From an uncultured archaeon (lineage in GTDB: Archaea > Asgardarchaeota > Thorarchaeia > Thorarchaeales > Thorarchaeaceae), in NCBI GenBank assembly GCA_964458565.1, contig CAYWJO010000001.1:160001-224000 (forward strand): a stretch of DNA of 64,000 bases, given 5' to 3'. The position numbers and the translations under genes were made by a program. Of the stretch, positions 19,895 through 28,562 are shown one piece after another (the stretch's first letter is position 1; every line of letters begins with the position of its first letter). The notes beneath the pieces are model-generated. The model saw only the letters and a program-made list of their open reading frames with translations, searched no databases and was not told where the DNA came from.

Positions 19895-21883
19895 ATGAAG
19901 ACAAAATCGATTTCAATTTTATTCTCGCTCATATTATTGACTATACCAATCATATCTTTTCACGCAATGAGAAGCTATCAGGAAATTGAAAAGTCATCGG
20001 AATCAGAATATCAGAAAGCAGTGGAAATCAATGAAGATTATTCAAACATCACACTATCAATCACGCTTGATGATGCAGCCTCGACGGTAGGGGGGAATCT
20101 AACAATCGACTACTATAACGCCGATGCTCTTACGATCACTCAAATTCCATTCCATATTTATCCATCAGGAATGCATTATCACCTCAGGCATGGGAATCTA
20201 GAAGTATTCAATGTGACCACAGATGCAGAGCCCAAGATTATACTAGAATACAATGTAATTTCGTCAGCCCAACTTATGTGGGTCACCTTGGATGCCCCCC
20301 TACCTCCGGGGGAGAGAACTCAATTCACCATCGAATTTTTGACAACACTTCCAGATGGAGGATTGGATCGAGCTAACTCAAATGGTACAGACGGAGAACT
20401 CAATAGAATCTATACATTTGCAAGCGCTTATCCGATTCCTTGTGTCTATGATGTAATGGATGGATGGAATGTGGACCCGTATATACAGATAGGGGACCCA
20501 TTCTACTTGGACATGGCATATTACGATGTCTATTTGGAAGTTGATGATGAATTCCGAGTTGCGGCTACAGGCGAACTAACGGATTCGATAATAATTGGTG
20601 ACAATGTCATACACCATTACAGGGCAAGTTTTCCTGTCAGAGAGTTTACTTTTGCTGCATCAAAATACTTCATCATCGAATCACAGGAAGCCAATGGAGT
20701 TGCCGTGTCGACTTATTATCTACCAAGTGCAGAACAATACTGGAACGAAACTGCTCTTCTCCACGGTCTTCACGCCCTTGAGCTGTTCAATGAATCGTTT
20801 GGGAATTATCCGTATTCTACTCTCAATGTTGTTGAGAGTCACGGTAATTTTGGAGGGATGGAATATCCATGTCAAGTCTATATCGCTCATTCTATCATAG
20901 GATGGATTGATACAGGTCAAACCACAGAATACTATCTGGAGCTTGTCATCGCCCACGAGATAGGCCATCAATGGTGGTATCAACTTGTAGGAGTTGACGA
21001 AGTAGACCAAGGCTTTATGGATGAAGGTTTGACTTGTTGGTCGCATCACTACTATGCAGAAGTATATCATGGAAGTTGGGATTTCTTTCAGTATACAAAA
21101 TTGTGGGATTACATTAGAACGTACTATAGTGATACAGGGTTAGAGAATAAGATAGACCAATCGCTCCTTGAATTTGATGATCAAAGTGTCTATTATTATA
21201 CAGCGTACAACAAAGCTCCCCTCATTTTTCAGAAACTCAGAGTCTTTCTTGGGAATGAGGTTTTCTTTGATGGATTAAAGTTATTCTTTGAGAGATTCGC
21301 ATTTAAGAATGCATTTCTTGCGGACTTGGTTGGAGCTATGGAAGACGCATCTGATTTAGAACTTGACTGGTTCTTTGATCCATGGTTTGAGAACTCACTT
21401 TTACCATACTATGAATTCGACTCAGTAGTATATTTTCAGAATTCAAACATTGTCAACATAACTATCAGTGATTTAAATGAGGATACAAATGAATTTCCAT
21501 ATTCTCAGCGTGTGCCCCTTGAAATCTATGCGGGACTGGATACAATATACCAAGATGATGTTTGGATAAATGGAACTACATCGATTCTGATACAGTTAGA
21601 CGATGAGCCATCAGCTGTAAGCATCATGATAACCAACTATGTGTTAGTTCAACTCGATGATGTTATGACTAGTTCAATTAGTACAGATGAGATTACATTT
21701 ACAAACTCTACTTCATTGACAGTTACATCAGAACCAGTTCCCACGATTACAACTCCATCTACAAATTCATCTTCATCCACAACCGAATCGTTACCACCCA
21801 ATGATGTGTTGATACCAATCATTGTGATGGGAATTGGCCTAGTCATTTTGGGAATTGCAGTCTTAATGATTCGACGTAGATAG
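19895..21883 (+). CDS. M1-family zinc aminopeptidase, secreted and membrane-anchored
   Basis: GGMEYP, HEIGH-18x-E, signal peptide, T/S linker, C-terminal TM plus RRR. Confidence 0.88.
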   Translation: MKTKSISILFSLILLTIPIISFHAMRSYQEIEKSSESEYQKAVEINEDYSNITLSITLDDAASTVGGNLTIDYYNADALTITQIPFHIYPSGMHYHLRHGNLEVFNVTTDAEPKIILEYNVISSAQLMWVTLDAPLPPGERTQFTIEFLTTLPDGGLDRANSNGTDGELNRIYTFASAYPIPCVYDVMDGWNVDPYIQIGDPFYLDMAYYDVYLEVDDEFRVAATGELTDSIIIGDNVIHHYRASFPVREFTFAASKYFIIESQEANGVAVSTYYLPSAEQYWNETALLHGLHALELFNESFGNYPYSTLNVVESHGNFGGMEYPCQVYIAHSIIGWIDTGQTTEYYLELVIAHEIGHQWWYQLVGVDEVDQGFMDEGLTCWSHHYYAEVYHGSWDFFQYTKLWDYIRTYYSDTGLENKIDQSLLEFDDQSVYYYTAYNKAPLIFQKLRVFLGNEVFFDGLKLFFERFAFKNAFLADLVGAMEDASDLELDWFFDPWFENSLLPYYEFDSVVYFQNSNIVNITISDLNEDTNEFPYSQRVPLEIYAGLDTIYQDDVWINGTTSILIQLDDEPSAVSIMITNYVLVQLDDVMTSSISTDEITFTNSTSLTVTSEPVPTITTPSTNSSSSTTESLPPNDVLIPIIVMGIGLVILGIAVLMIRRR

Positions 21884-21889
21884 AAGAGA

Positions 21890-22411
21890 CTATCCTTTAC
21901 TCATCTCTTCCTTATGCTTTCGACCAAGCTCTACATATAGCTCAGCACCAGTACTGAAAGCTACGAGTAGTTCATCTGATACTTCCTTTACCACTTTGCC
22001 AGGAATCCCTAGAACTAGACTTCTATCAGGTATCACTGAACCTTGCGTGACAACTGTCCCAGCTCCTATTACACATTCATTTCCAACTTTAGCTCCATCT
22101 AGAACAATTGCACCCATCCCCACAACGGTTCTATCACCTATCTCACAAGCATGAATCAGACTATTGTGTCCAGCCGTGACATAGTCACCAATAACTGATG
22201 GGTTTACAAATGTCGTATGTACAGTAGCATTATCTTGAATCGATGTGCCCTTTCCAATCCTAATGTAGTTCATATCTGCACGGAGTACTGCAAACTCCCA
22301 AATACTGGAATCTGCACCTATTTCCACATCACCAATCACGGAAGCTCTCGGAGAAATATACGCATCTGGATGTATCTTTGGTAGCTTACCATCAAACTTG
22401 TGGAGTCCCAT
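21890..22411 (-). CDS. Gamma carbonic anhydrase family (YrdA/PaaY-like)
   Basis: Hexapeptide repeats, LRAD, IQDN..H, GH...H. Confidence 0.88.
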   Translation of the reverse strand: MGLHKFDGKLPKIHPDAYISPRASVIGDVEIGADSSIWEFAVLRADMNYIRIGKGTSIQDNATVHTTFVNPSVIGDYVTAGHNSLIHACEIGDRTVVGMGAIVLDGAKVGNECVIGAGTVVTQGSVIPDRSLVLGIPGKVVKEVSDELLVAFSTGAELYVELGRKHKEEMSKG

Positions 22412-22495
22412 ATTCTTCAACCAAAGCATCGGTACAATCATCAGACTATAAGATTATTGAATAGGCAGAGATGCAATAGGATTTTTGTGAGTATA

Positions 22496-23098
22496 ATGCC
22501 GTTCACACCACTGCACATTCCTTTCGCATGGATAATCTCAAGATTAGACAAACGATTGCCTTTGCCGGCATTGATTGTGGGGTCAGTCATTCCAGATATA
22601 GAATGCCCCTTTTTGATCCTGTTCTTTTCTGGGGTTCTACCTGACCACTATATCCTTCATAGTTTGATAGGTGCGTTGTCAATCGGATTAATCTTAGCTG
22701 TGATTTTAACGGCATATGTTTACGCTGATGTTGCATCCTTTTTGTTTGGTATTGAGAAAAAAGAGTTGAAAGAGAGGTGTAAGGTGACTAGATTCACAGT
22801 ACTAGCGGCGGCAATTGGGGTTCTTAGTCACCTCTTAATTGATTATCCAATGCACCCTTACAATCAGATATTGTGGCCATTTGTGGATGCCAATAAACTT
22901 GTGGGGCCATTAGTTTCATTTTTTGCAATGGGTGGCAATATCACTATGGGATATTTGATAGCAAACATACTAACCAGCATGGTTTCAATCATGCTCTGGA
23001 TAGCTATAGTCTATCACATCAGGGATGAATTATGGAAAAGAATGTGGATGGGAGATACTACTGAGGAAACTCATGATGCTGTAGGTGCTTCCCATTGA
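22496..23098 (+). CDS. DUF4184/YdjM-like membrane metal-dependent hydrolase
   Basis: MPFTPLH, GSVIPD, HS, SHLLID motifs. Confidence 0.75.
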   Translation: MPFTPLHIPFAWIISRLDKRLPLPALIVGSVIPDIECPFLILFFSGVLPDHYILHSLIGALSIGLILAVILTAYVYADVASFLFGIEKKELKERCKVTRFTVLAAAIGVLSHLLIDYPMHPYNQILWPFVDANKLVGPLVSFFAMGGNITMGYLIANILTSMVSIMLWIAIVYHIRDELWKRMWMGDTTEETHDAVGASH

Positions 23099-23559
23099 AT
23101 CTTGAAAAACATGTCAATGATTACTTGGGGCCAGCTTCCTACAGATCGTAACAGAAGATTTGCGGTGGGAACGGTGAATCCATCAATCTTGAATTCCTTC
23201 AACTCAGGACAGTGAAAGAGGGGAGATATATCAAGAGATTCTATTTGATTTCCCTGGAGTGTGACTTCTGTGAGCTTCGGACAATCGCACAATGGGTTCA
23301 AATCTATTTCCTGCAATTTATTATTGGATAATCTGATCCCTTCCAATTTCTTGCAATTACTTAGCGGTGTGAGATCAATTCTAGTCAATTGATTACTTCT
23401 GATGCTAAAATAATGCAAATCACGACAAAAAACTAGAGGGAGTAAATCAACAGCCACTATATCACGAAGGTCCATGTTGATTTCAGTTTCATTCACATCA
23501 AAGGACATGCGCCTTTCATCACCTGACACTGTCCAATACCAAATGTGAACCTCATCCAC
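23071..23559 (-). CDS. Leucine-rich repeat protein
   Basis: Repeated N.L..IDL.PL..C..L units. Confidence 0.85.
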   Translation of the reverse strand: MDEVHIWYWTVSGDERRMSFDVNETEINMDLRDIVAVDLLPLVFCRDLHYFSIRSNQLTRIDLTPLSNCKKLEGIRLSNNKLQEIDLNPLCDCPKLTEVTLQGNQIESLDISPLFHCPELKEFKIDGFTVPTANLLLRSVGSWPQVIIDMFFKIQWEAPTAS

Positions 23560-23773
23560 GCTATATCACCAACTAGTTTTGGGTATTCGCTTATTTTCTT
23601 AGATTCTGTCTTTGGCTATAGAGTTTGTCCTCACAGATATCGTGATGATGATTCTCTGATTGATAGTTAAAATAAAATAACATAGATGTGTCATTCATAT
23701 TGCTTAGAATAGTTGTGAATTCCAATCACAATGAATTCTGTTCTAATACATATGATCCAAGGAGATTGTATTA

Positions 23774-24676
23774 ATGAGGAAGTTCAATCATGAGCCATCA
23801 ATTGCGATTCCATCAACGTACTCAATCGTCGCACGTGATTCTGAAAATGGCGACCTCGGAATAATCGTACAGTCCAAGTTCCCTGCTGTTGGATCTCTGG
23901 TACCATGGGCAAGAGCTGGTGTGGGAGCTGTTGCAACTCAAGCCTGGGTTGAACCAGCTTTTGGTCCTTGGGGTCTTGAGTATATGTCAAGAGGAAAATC
24001 AGCAAAAGAAACATTGAAGGAACTTCTACGAAAAGATGATGAATCAATGCGAGAACATCGACAGTTTGGTCTTGTCGATTCTAAGGGCAGAGCTACTGCA
24101 TTCACTGGAAAAGATTGCATGGACTGGGCTGGTCATATTGTTGGTGATGGATATGCATGTCAGGGGAACATATTGACTGGAGAACAAGTTGTTGAAAACA
24201 TGGCAGAGTCATATGAAAAAACAGAGGGGGATATTGTCGATAGACTCTTTGCGGCCCTGAACGCAGGTCAAGCGGCTGGTGGCGACAAGAGGGGTATGCA
24301 GTCTGCCGCAATCTATGTTGCAAGAGATGGTGGATGCTATGGCGGAAACCTAGATCGATGGATCGATGTTAGGGTGGATGAACATTCTAGTCCCATTAAA
24401 GAACTTGAGCGTATCTTTCGGATTTACGATATGACTTTATTAAATCGTGAGGACCCAAGTAGGTTGCATAAACTTGAGGGGGATTTAGCATTAAAAGTAC
24501 AGAGAGCATTAGCTAAACTTGGTTTTATTGAAGATGTGAATGCAGAAATATTTCCTAATGATGCATTAGAAAAGTGGATGGGAGTCTATAACTTTGAGAA
24601 CAAGATGCGTGATGATGGAACAATTTGGCAGAGCGTTTTAGAATATATGTTTAAAGAAGCAAATCTAGATTCATAG
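23774..24676 (+). CDS. DUF1028 family (Ntn-hydrolase-like) protein
   Basis: TYSIVARD, GAVATQA, QGNIL, GGDKRG.QSAA, RVDEH. Confidence 0.88.
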   Translation: MRKFNHEPSIAIPSTYSIVARDSENGDLGIIVQSKFPAVGSLVPWARAGVGAVATQAWVEPAFGPWGLEYMSRGKSAKETLKELLRKDDESMREHRQFGLVDSKGRATAFTGKDCMDWAGHIVGDGYACQGNILTGEQVVENMAESYEKTEGDIVDRLFAALNAGQAAGGDKRGMQSAAIYVARDGGCYGGNLDRWIDVRVDEHSSPIKELERIFRIYDMTLLNREDPSRLHKLEGDLALKVQRALAKLGFIEDVNAEIFPNDALEKWMGVYNFENKMRDDGTIWQSVLEYMFKEANLDS

Positions 24677-24755
24677 ACTTGGATACTACCTTATTAGGAA
24701 GACTACCTCTTGTATAGAAATAGCAATTTAATCTATTATGTATCAGGTGATTAAT

Positions 24756-25379
24756 ATGATAAAGAATTGGTAGAGACTTGGTGCCTGGTGTGGTATTGTG
24801 GCAGGAATCCAGTTTGTAATAATTACATTCACTATAATGATTCCATACCCTGAGGGATACTCTTTCCTTGAGAACAGCTTTAGTTCGTTAGGATTATCGG
24901 TGACTCGAGGCTATCCAACACCTTGGAATTGGTTTCTTTTTGCAACAGCCACAACACTAGCTGGAGTCCTATCAATACCATTCTGGCTTTCGATACGTAC
25001 TCTATTCACAGAAACATCAGTGGAAAAGATACTAAGTGGATTAGGTACTGTGTTGGGGATTATTGCAGGGCCTTGCCTTGCAGGAGTAGGTATTTTTGCA
25101 GGAGATCTATACGGAACAGAACATGGTTGGTCAACAATCTTGTTTTTCTTGTTATTTTCTTCAGCTATTATCATATACTCTATTGCGATTCTTATTAACA
25201 AAGACTACGAATGGGTCTATGCTCTCATTGGCATAATTGTTGCAATCATTTGTTATACCTATATCTTAGCCCCGGGTTTTGGAAATGCAGCAATGCAGAA
25301 GCTGGCGGTTTACTCATTGATACTGTACTCAGTATTCCAAGGGTATAAGCTACTGAAGGTTTTCAATGGAAATGTGTAA
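24756..25379 (+). CDS. DUF998-like membrane protein with an in-frame TAG at codon 6 (readthrough, pseudogene, or downstream GTG start at 24798)
   Basis: AGGTGA RBS, ATG at 24756, MIKNW-TAG-RLGAWCGIV continues in frame; YP.GYSF..N..S.LG motif. Confidence 0.6.
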
Positions 25380-25429
25380 ATGATTTCAAATTGAATACAA
25401 TCATGTAATACTCTTGATGAATGAAATGC

Positions 25430-26371
25430 TTACATGATTTGATCTATGAACCACTCCTCCATTGAAAGGTGCGTCTGAGTATCTAGAATATTCTCATCCT
25501 CGTAGAGTGATCGAACAAAATGGTTGTATGAATCTACATTCGGTGCCCGAACTGTGGTAAATAGACTGAAATCTTCACTTGTTCTGCTTAGATCCCATAC
25601 CTCATTCATTTCAGCAATTCTGTGAGCTGTTTCAGCAACTGTTCCAGGTTTTACTCTAATCTGTAGAAAGAATTTGAGCGGCAGCCCGATAAGTGTATAA
25701 TCAATAGCTGCAGAATACCCAGCAATAACACCACGAATCTCTAATCGCTGCATAGCCTTCGAAACAGCCGATTGGGATACACGCGATTTCATTTCATTCC
25801 CGATTTCCTCTTGTGATAGCGGAAGAGGATGGTCAACGCTTGGATGTTGCTTTGAGATAACAGATAGTAGCTCTAAATCTCTTTTTGATAGAGGTTTATC
25901 GTCGGTTTCAGTCTTCTTCATTTTGATACTGTGCGATTTGTAGGTTGTAAGAACTTGAGCCATCTTGTACTTACCTTCACTTGTTTTTGCAATCACATTA
26001 TCTATCGTATCAAGAAAATCTTCAAATCCGACTGAAGGTAGGTTTCTGAAATGAGCCAACAGTGAATAATCACCTGTAATACCATCAAGAGATTCTAATC
26101 CAGGCATCTGAAGAAGATCCAGACTTACTTCATGCTCTCTCGGATTCGACTTGATAAAAAGGAGCGTGCTGCGTTCAGAAGAGACCTTTGCAGGATCGAC
26201 TACAGTAATGTAAGATCGAATGACTCCATACTTTGCAAATCCACGAATAGTTTTTGATACCCAGTTTCGGCTTTTACCGACTAATGAACTGTAGACTGAA
26301 ACGGGTTGTCGAGAGTTTCTTATGATTGATTTGAGTAAGGACTGTTCAGGCTCTGTAATAGATTGCATCAT
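25430..26371 (-). CDS. Lrp/AsnC-family regulator with two tandem HTH-RAM units
   Basis: Two HTH segments ending GVI.SY / GVIAGY, each followed by an AsnC-type ligand-binding domain. Confidence 0.8.
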   Translation of the reverse strand: MMQSITEPEQSLLKSIIRNSRQPVSVYSSLVGKSRNWVSKTIRGFAKYGVIRSYITVVDPAKVSSERSTLLFIKSNPREHEVSLDLLQMPGLESLDGITGDYSLLAHFRNLPSVGFEDFLDTIDNVIAKTSEGKYKMAQVLTTYKSHSIKMKKTETDDKPLSKRDLELLSVISKQHPSVDHPLPLSQEEIGNEMKSRVSQSAVSKAMQRLEIRGVIAGYSAAIDYTLIGLPLKFFLQIRVKPGTVAETAHRIAEMNEVWDLSRTSEDFSLFTTVRAPNVDSYNHFVRSLYEDENILDTQTHLSMEEWFIDQIM

Positions 26372-26457
26372 TTTTTGTTACATCTTATGCATTTTATGAA
26401 TTATGAGAATGAAGGATTCATATACTTATGCATCGGACCTCAGAGCGGGAAAAAATA

Positions 26458-27748
26458 ATGGCAGACTACAAGGTGAAAGATATTGGTCTTGCTGCAGAAG
26501 GCAGGATGTTGATTGAGTATGCGGAGAAGCACATGCCTGTGCTTATGCATCTTCGAAAGAAGTATGCTGAAACAAAGCCACTCAAAGGAATGAAGATTGC
26601 AGGTTGTCTACACGTCACCAAAGAGACCGCAGTTCTGATAGAAACACTTCGTGCGGTTGGTGCGGAGGTAGCATGGTCAGGATGTAATCCATTATCAACA
26701 AATGATAAAGTGGCGGCAGGTCTCGCAGCTAATGATGTTCCAGTATATGCATGGCATAACCTAAGCACCGAGGAATACTATTGGTGTATTGAACAGACTC
26801 TCAAGACTGAACCGACACTCACACTTGATGACGGTGCAGATCTCATTTTCACACTTCATAACAAGCATCAGGAATTGATACCGAATCTCTATGGGGGTTC
26901 TGAGGAAACAACAACTGGAGTCATTCGAGTTCGTGCAATGGCTGAAGATGGTGCTCTCAAGTACCCAATCATGGCTGTTAATGATGCTGATACTAAGCAT
27001 ATGTTCGATAATGTATATGGTACAGGTCAGAGCGTATTTGATGGTGTCATGCGAGCCTCTGCGATTCTCATTGCTGGGAAGACGGTGGTAATTGGTGGAT
27101 ACGGCTACTGCGGTAGGGGTATGGCTGAACGAGCACGAGGTCTTGGGGCTAATGTTATTGTCACAGAAGTGAACCCAATTCGCGGACTTCAGGCCAGAAT
27201 GGACGGTTTTCGAGTAATGCCGATGGGCGAAGCAGCTCCTGAAGGGGATTTGTTCCTTACAGCTACAGGGATGAAAGATGTAATCACCGCTGAGCATTTC
27301 AAGGTCATGAAGGATGGTGCGATGTTTGGTAATGCAGGTCACTATAACGTTGAAATCAACGAACCGGATCTCATCTCTCTCAGCAAGGGACCAAAGAGAA
27401 GGGTTCGACATGCACTTGATGAATACGAGATGATGGATGGGCGAATACTCTATCTACTAGGTGAGGGAAGACTTGTGAATCTCACAGCTGCGGAAGGTCA
27501 CCCGAGTGAGAAGTTAGCATTCGTTGCTGCTTCCTAGAAAGGTGATGGACCTCAGCTTCACAGGCCAGCTCAACGCAATGCTCTGGATGACTAAGAATGG
27601 AAAGGACTTGAAACCAGCTGTCTATGAATTCCCCAAAGAACTCGATCAACAAACTGCTTTAGCAAAATTGGAAACTATGGGCTTAAAGATAGACAAGTGG
27701 ACACCCGAGCAGGAAGCATATGCAAGAGCTTATGCTGAAGGCACATAG
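26458..27748 (+). CDS. ahcY: Adenosylhomocysteinase (SAH hydrolase), join(26458..27508,27540..27748), 419 aa after removal of a 31-nt intron
   Basis: CLHVT, SGCNPLST, DDGAD, EETTTG, FDNVYGTGQS, GYGYCGRG, GRLVNL..AEGHP motifs; the C-terminus (SEVMDLSF...) is in another frame and is restored by removing the insert. Confidence 0.95.
27509..27539 (+). other. Putative bulge-helix-bulge (splicing-endonuclease type) mRNA intron
   Basis: UCACC/GGUGA outer stem, CGAG/CUAG 4-bp helix (one G-A mismatch), UGA and AAA 3-nt bulges, GAAG..UAGCA/UGCUG.CUUC inner hairpin; canonical cuts give CAC CCG AGT GAG GTG ATG. Confidence 0.85.
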
Positions 27749-27759
27749 CTGTTTGTCTA

Positions 27760-27790
27760 AAGGGGCTACAAACCCCTTCCCTCTTTTTTT
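27760..27790 (+). terminator. Hairpin plus T-run after ahcY
   Basis: AAGGGG...CCCCTT followed by T7. Confidence 0.55.
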
Positions 27791-27884
27791 GGCTTAATTC
27801 ATTCATTCCAATGCGTTTACGTACTAGTTTAACCAAATATGGTGCACCGGACAACTCAGTTACAATCAAGGTGAATTATCAACA

Positions 27885-28097
27885 GTGGGACCAGATATGA
27901 TGATTCCTTACTAGGGGATGACTGTGTCCTAGCGATTTTCCTTTTCTGTGGTACCTATTCCCTACCAAGACAGAGGACTGGAGTTTCAGTTCCTCTATTG
28001 TTACTCCGTGAGAAGGTTCCCCGACTTTCTCGTTACCTACCTCAAGGAAGGATGGTCATGACCTTGAACCAGCCTCTCGCCATCTAGTTTAGATGGC
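27885..28097. ncRNA. Candidate structured non-coding RNA of unknown class
   Basis: Several consecutive hairpins in a region with no credible ORF. Confidence 0.35.
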
Positions 28098-28322
28098 AGC
28101 CTGACAATTCTGACACTTTGTGATTCCCTGCTCGTTTTTTGAGCCGCAATAGGGGCAGATTACAAGCACAACCTTTTCGACTGTACGCTGTTCTGTCACA
28201 ATCTTTGGCTTTATCACAGAGTCTTGACTCCGTCTACGGCGGAGATAGAGCATTACAATGATTACTAAAACCAACCCAAAAATGAGTGGCAACATCCAAT
28301 TCGGTATCGCAGCTGTTTGCAT
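28089..28322 (-). CDS. Small single-TM protein with C-terminal double zinc ribbon
   Basis: TM helix plus RRRR; CPYCG...CQNC. Confidence 0.75.
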   Translation of the reverse strand: MQTAAIPNWMLPLIFGLVLVIIVMLYLRRRRSQDSVIKPKIVTEQRTVEKVVLVICPYCGSKNEQGITKCQNCQAAI

Positions 28323-28440
28323 CGTTTGTCGTCCTCTATTTGTGTAGTAGTATCAGTACATGTTGATTTGGAATTCACCAATCAAGAGTAAATGATTCAC
28401 TTCATTATGAAACCAGTAGATAGCCAATAATCAATCTATT

Positions 28441-28518
28441 GAAACCATGGGAATCAAGATTGACAAGTGGACTCCTGAACAGGAAGCATACGCTAGAGCA
28501 TATGCAGAAGGTACATAG
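28441..28518 (+). pseudogene. ahcY: Remnant duplicate of the ahcY 3' end (ETMGIKIDKWTPEQEAYARAYAEGT*)
   Basis: 65/78 nt and 24/25 aa identical to 27671-27748. Confidence 0.9.
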
Positions 28519-28562
28519 TCTTCACAGACATATGCACATCCACCTATATCCAAAGTGGTTCA

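Noticed and set aside
27509-27541. Spliceosomal GT-AG intron or tmRNA fragment
   Set aside because: The possible boundaries (shiftable through an AG repeat) never start with GT. The KLAFVAAS tail only loosely resembles a tmRNA tag and no tmRNA structure is present.
27490-27560. ahcY break as a sequencing frameshift, programmed ribosomal frameshift or pseudogene
   Set aside because: The break is a discrete 31-nt insert inside a highly conserved motif, not a 1-nt indel. A ribosomal frameshift would leave ~10 extra residues in that motif. Both exons are intact and BHB cut sites restore the sequence precisely.
27524-27748. Independent 74-aa gene (MLLPRKVMDLSF...)
   Set aside because: It is exon 2 of ahcY; the TTG start lies inside the intron.
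27841-28090. RNase P RNA, SRP RNA or SAH riboswitch
   Set aside because: The conserved signatures (GAGGAAAGUCC with its P4 partner, SRP helix 8, SAH riboswitch core) could not be matched convincingly.
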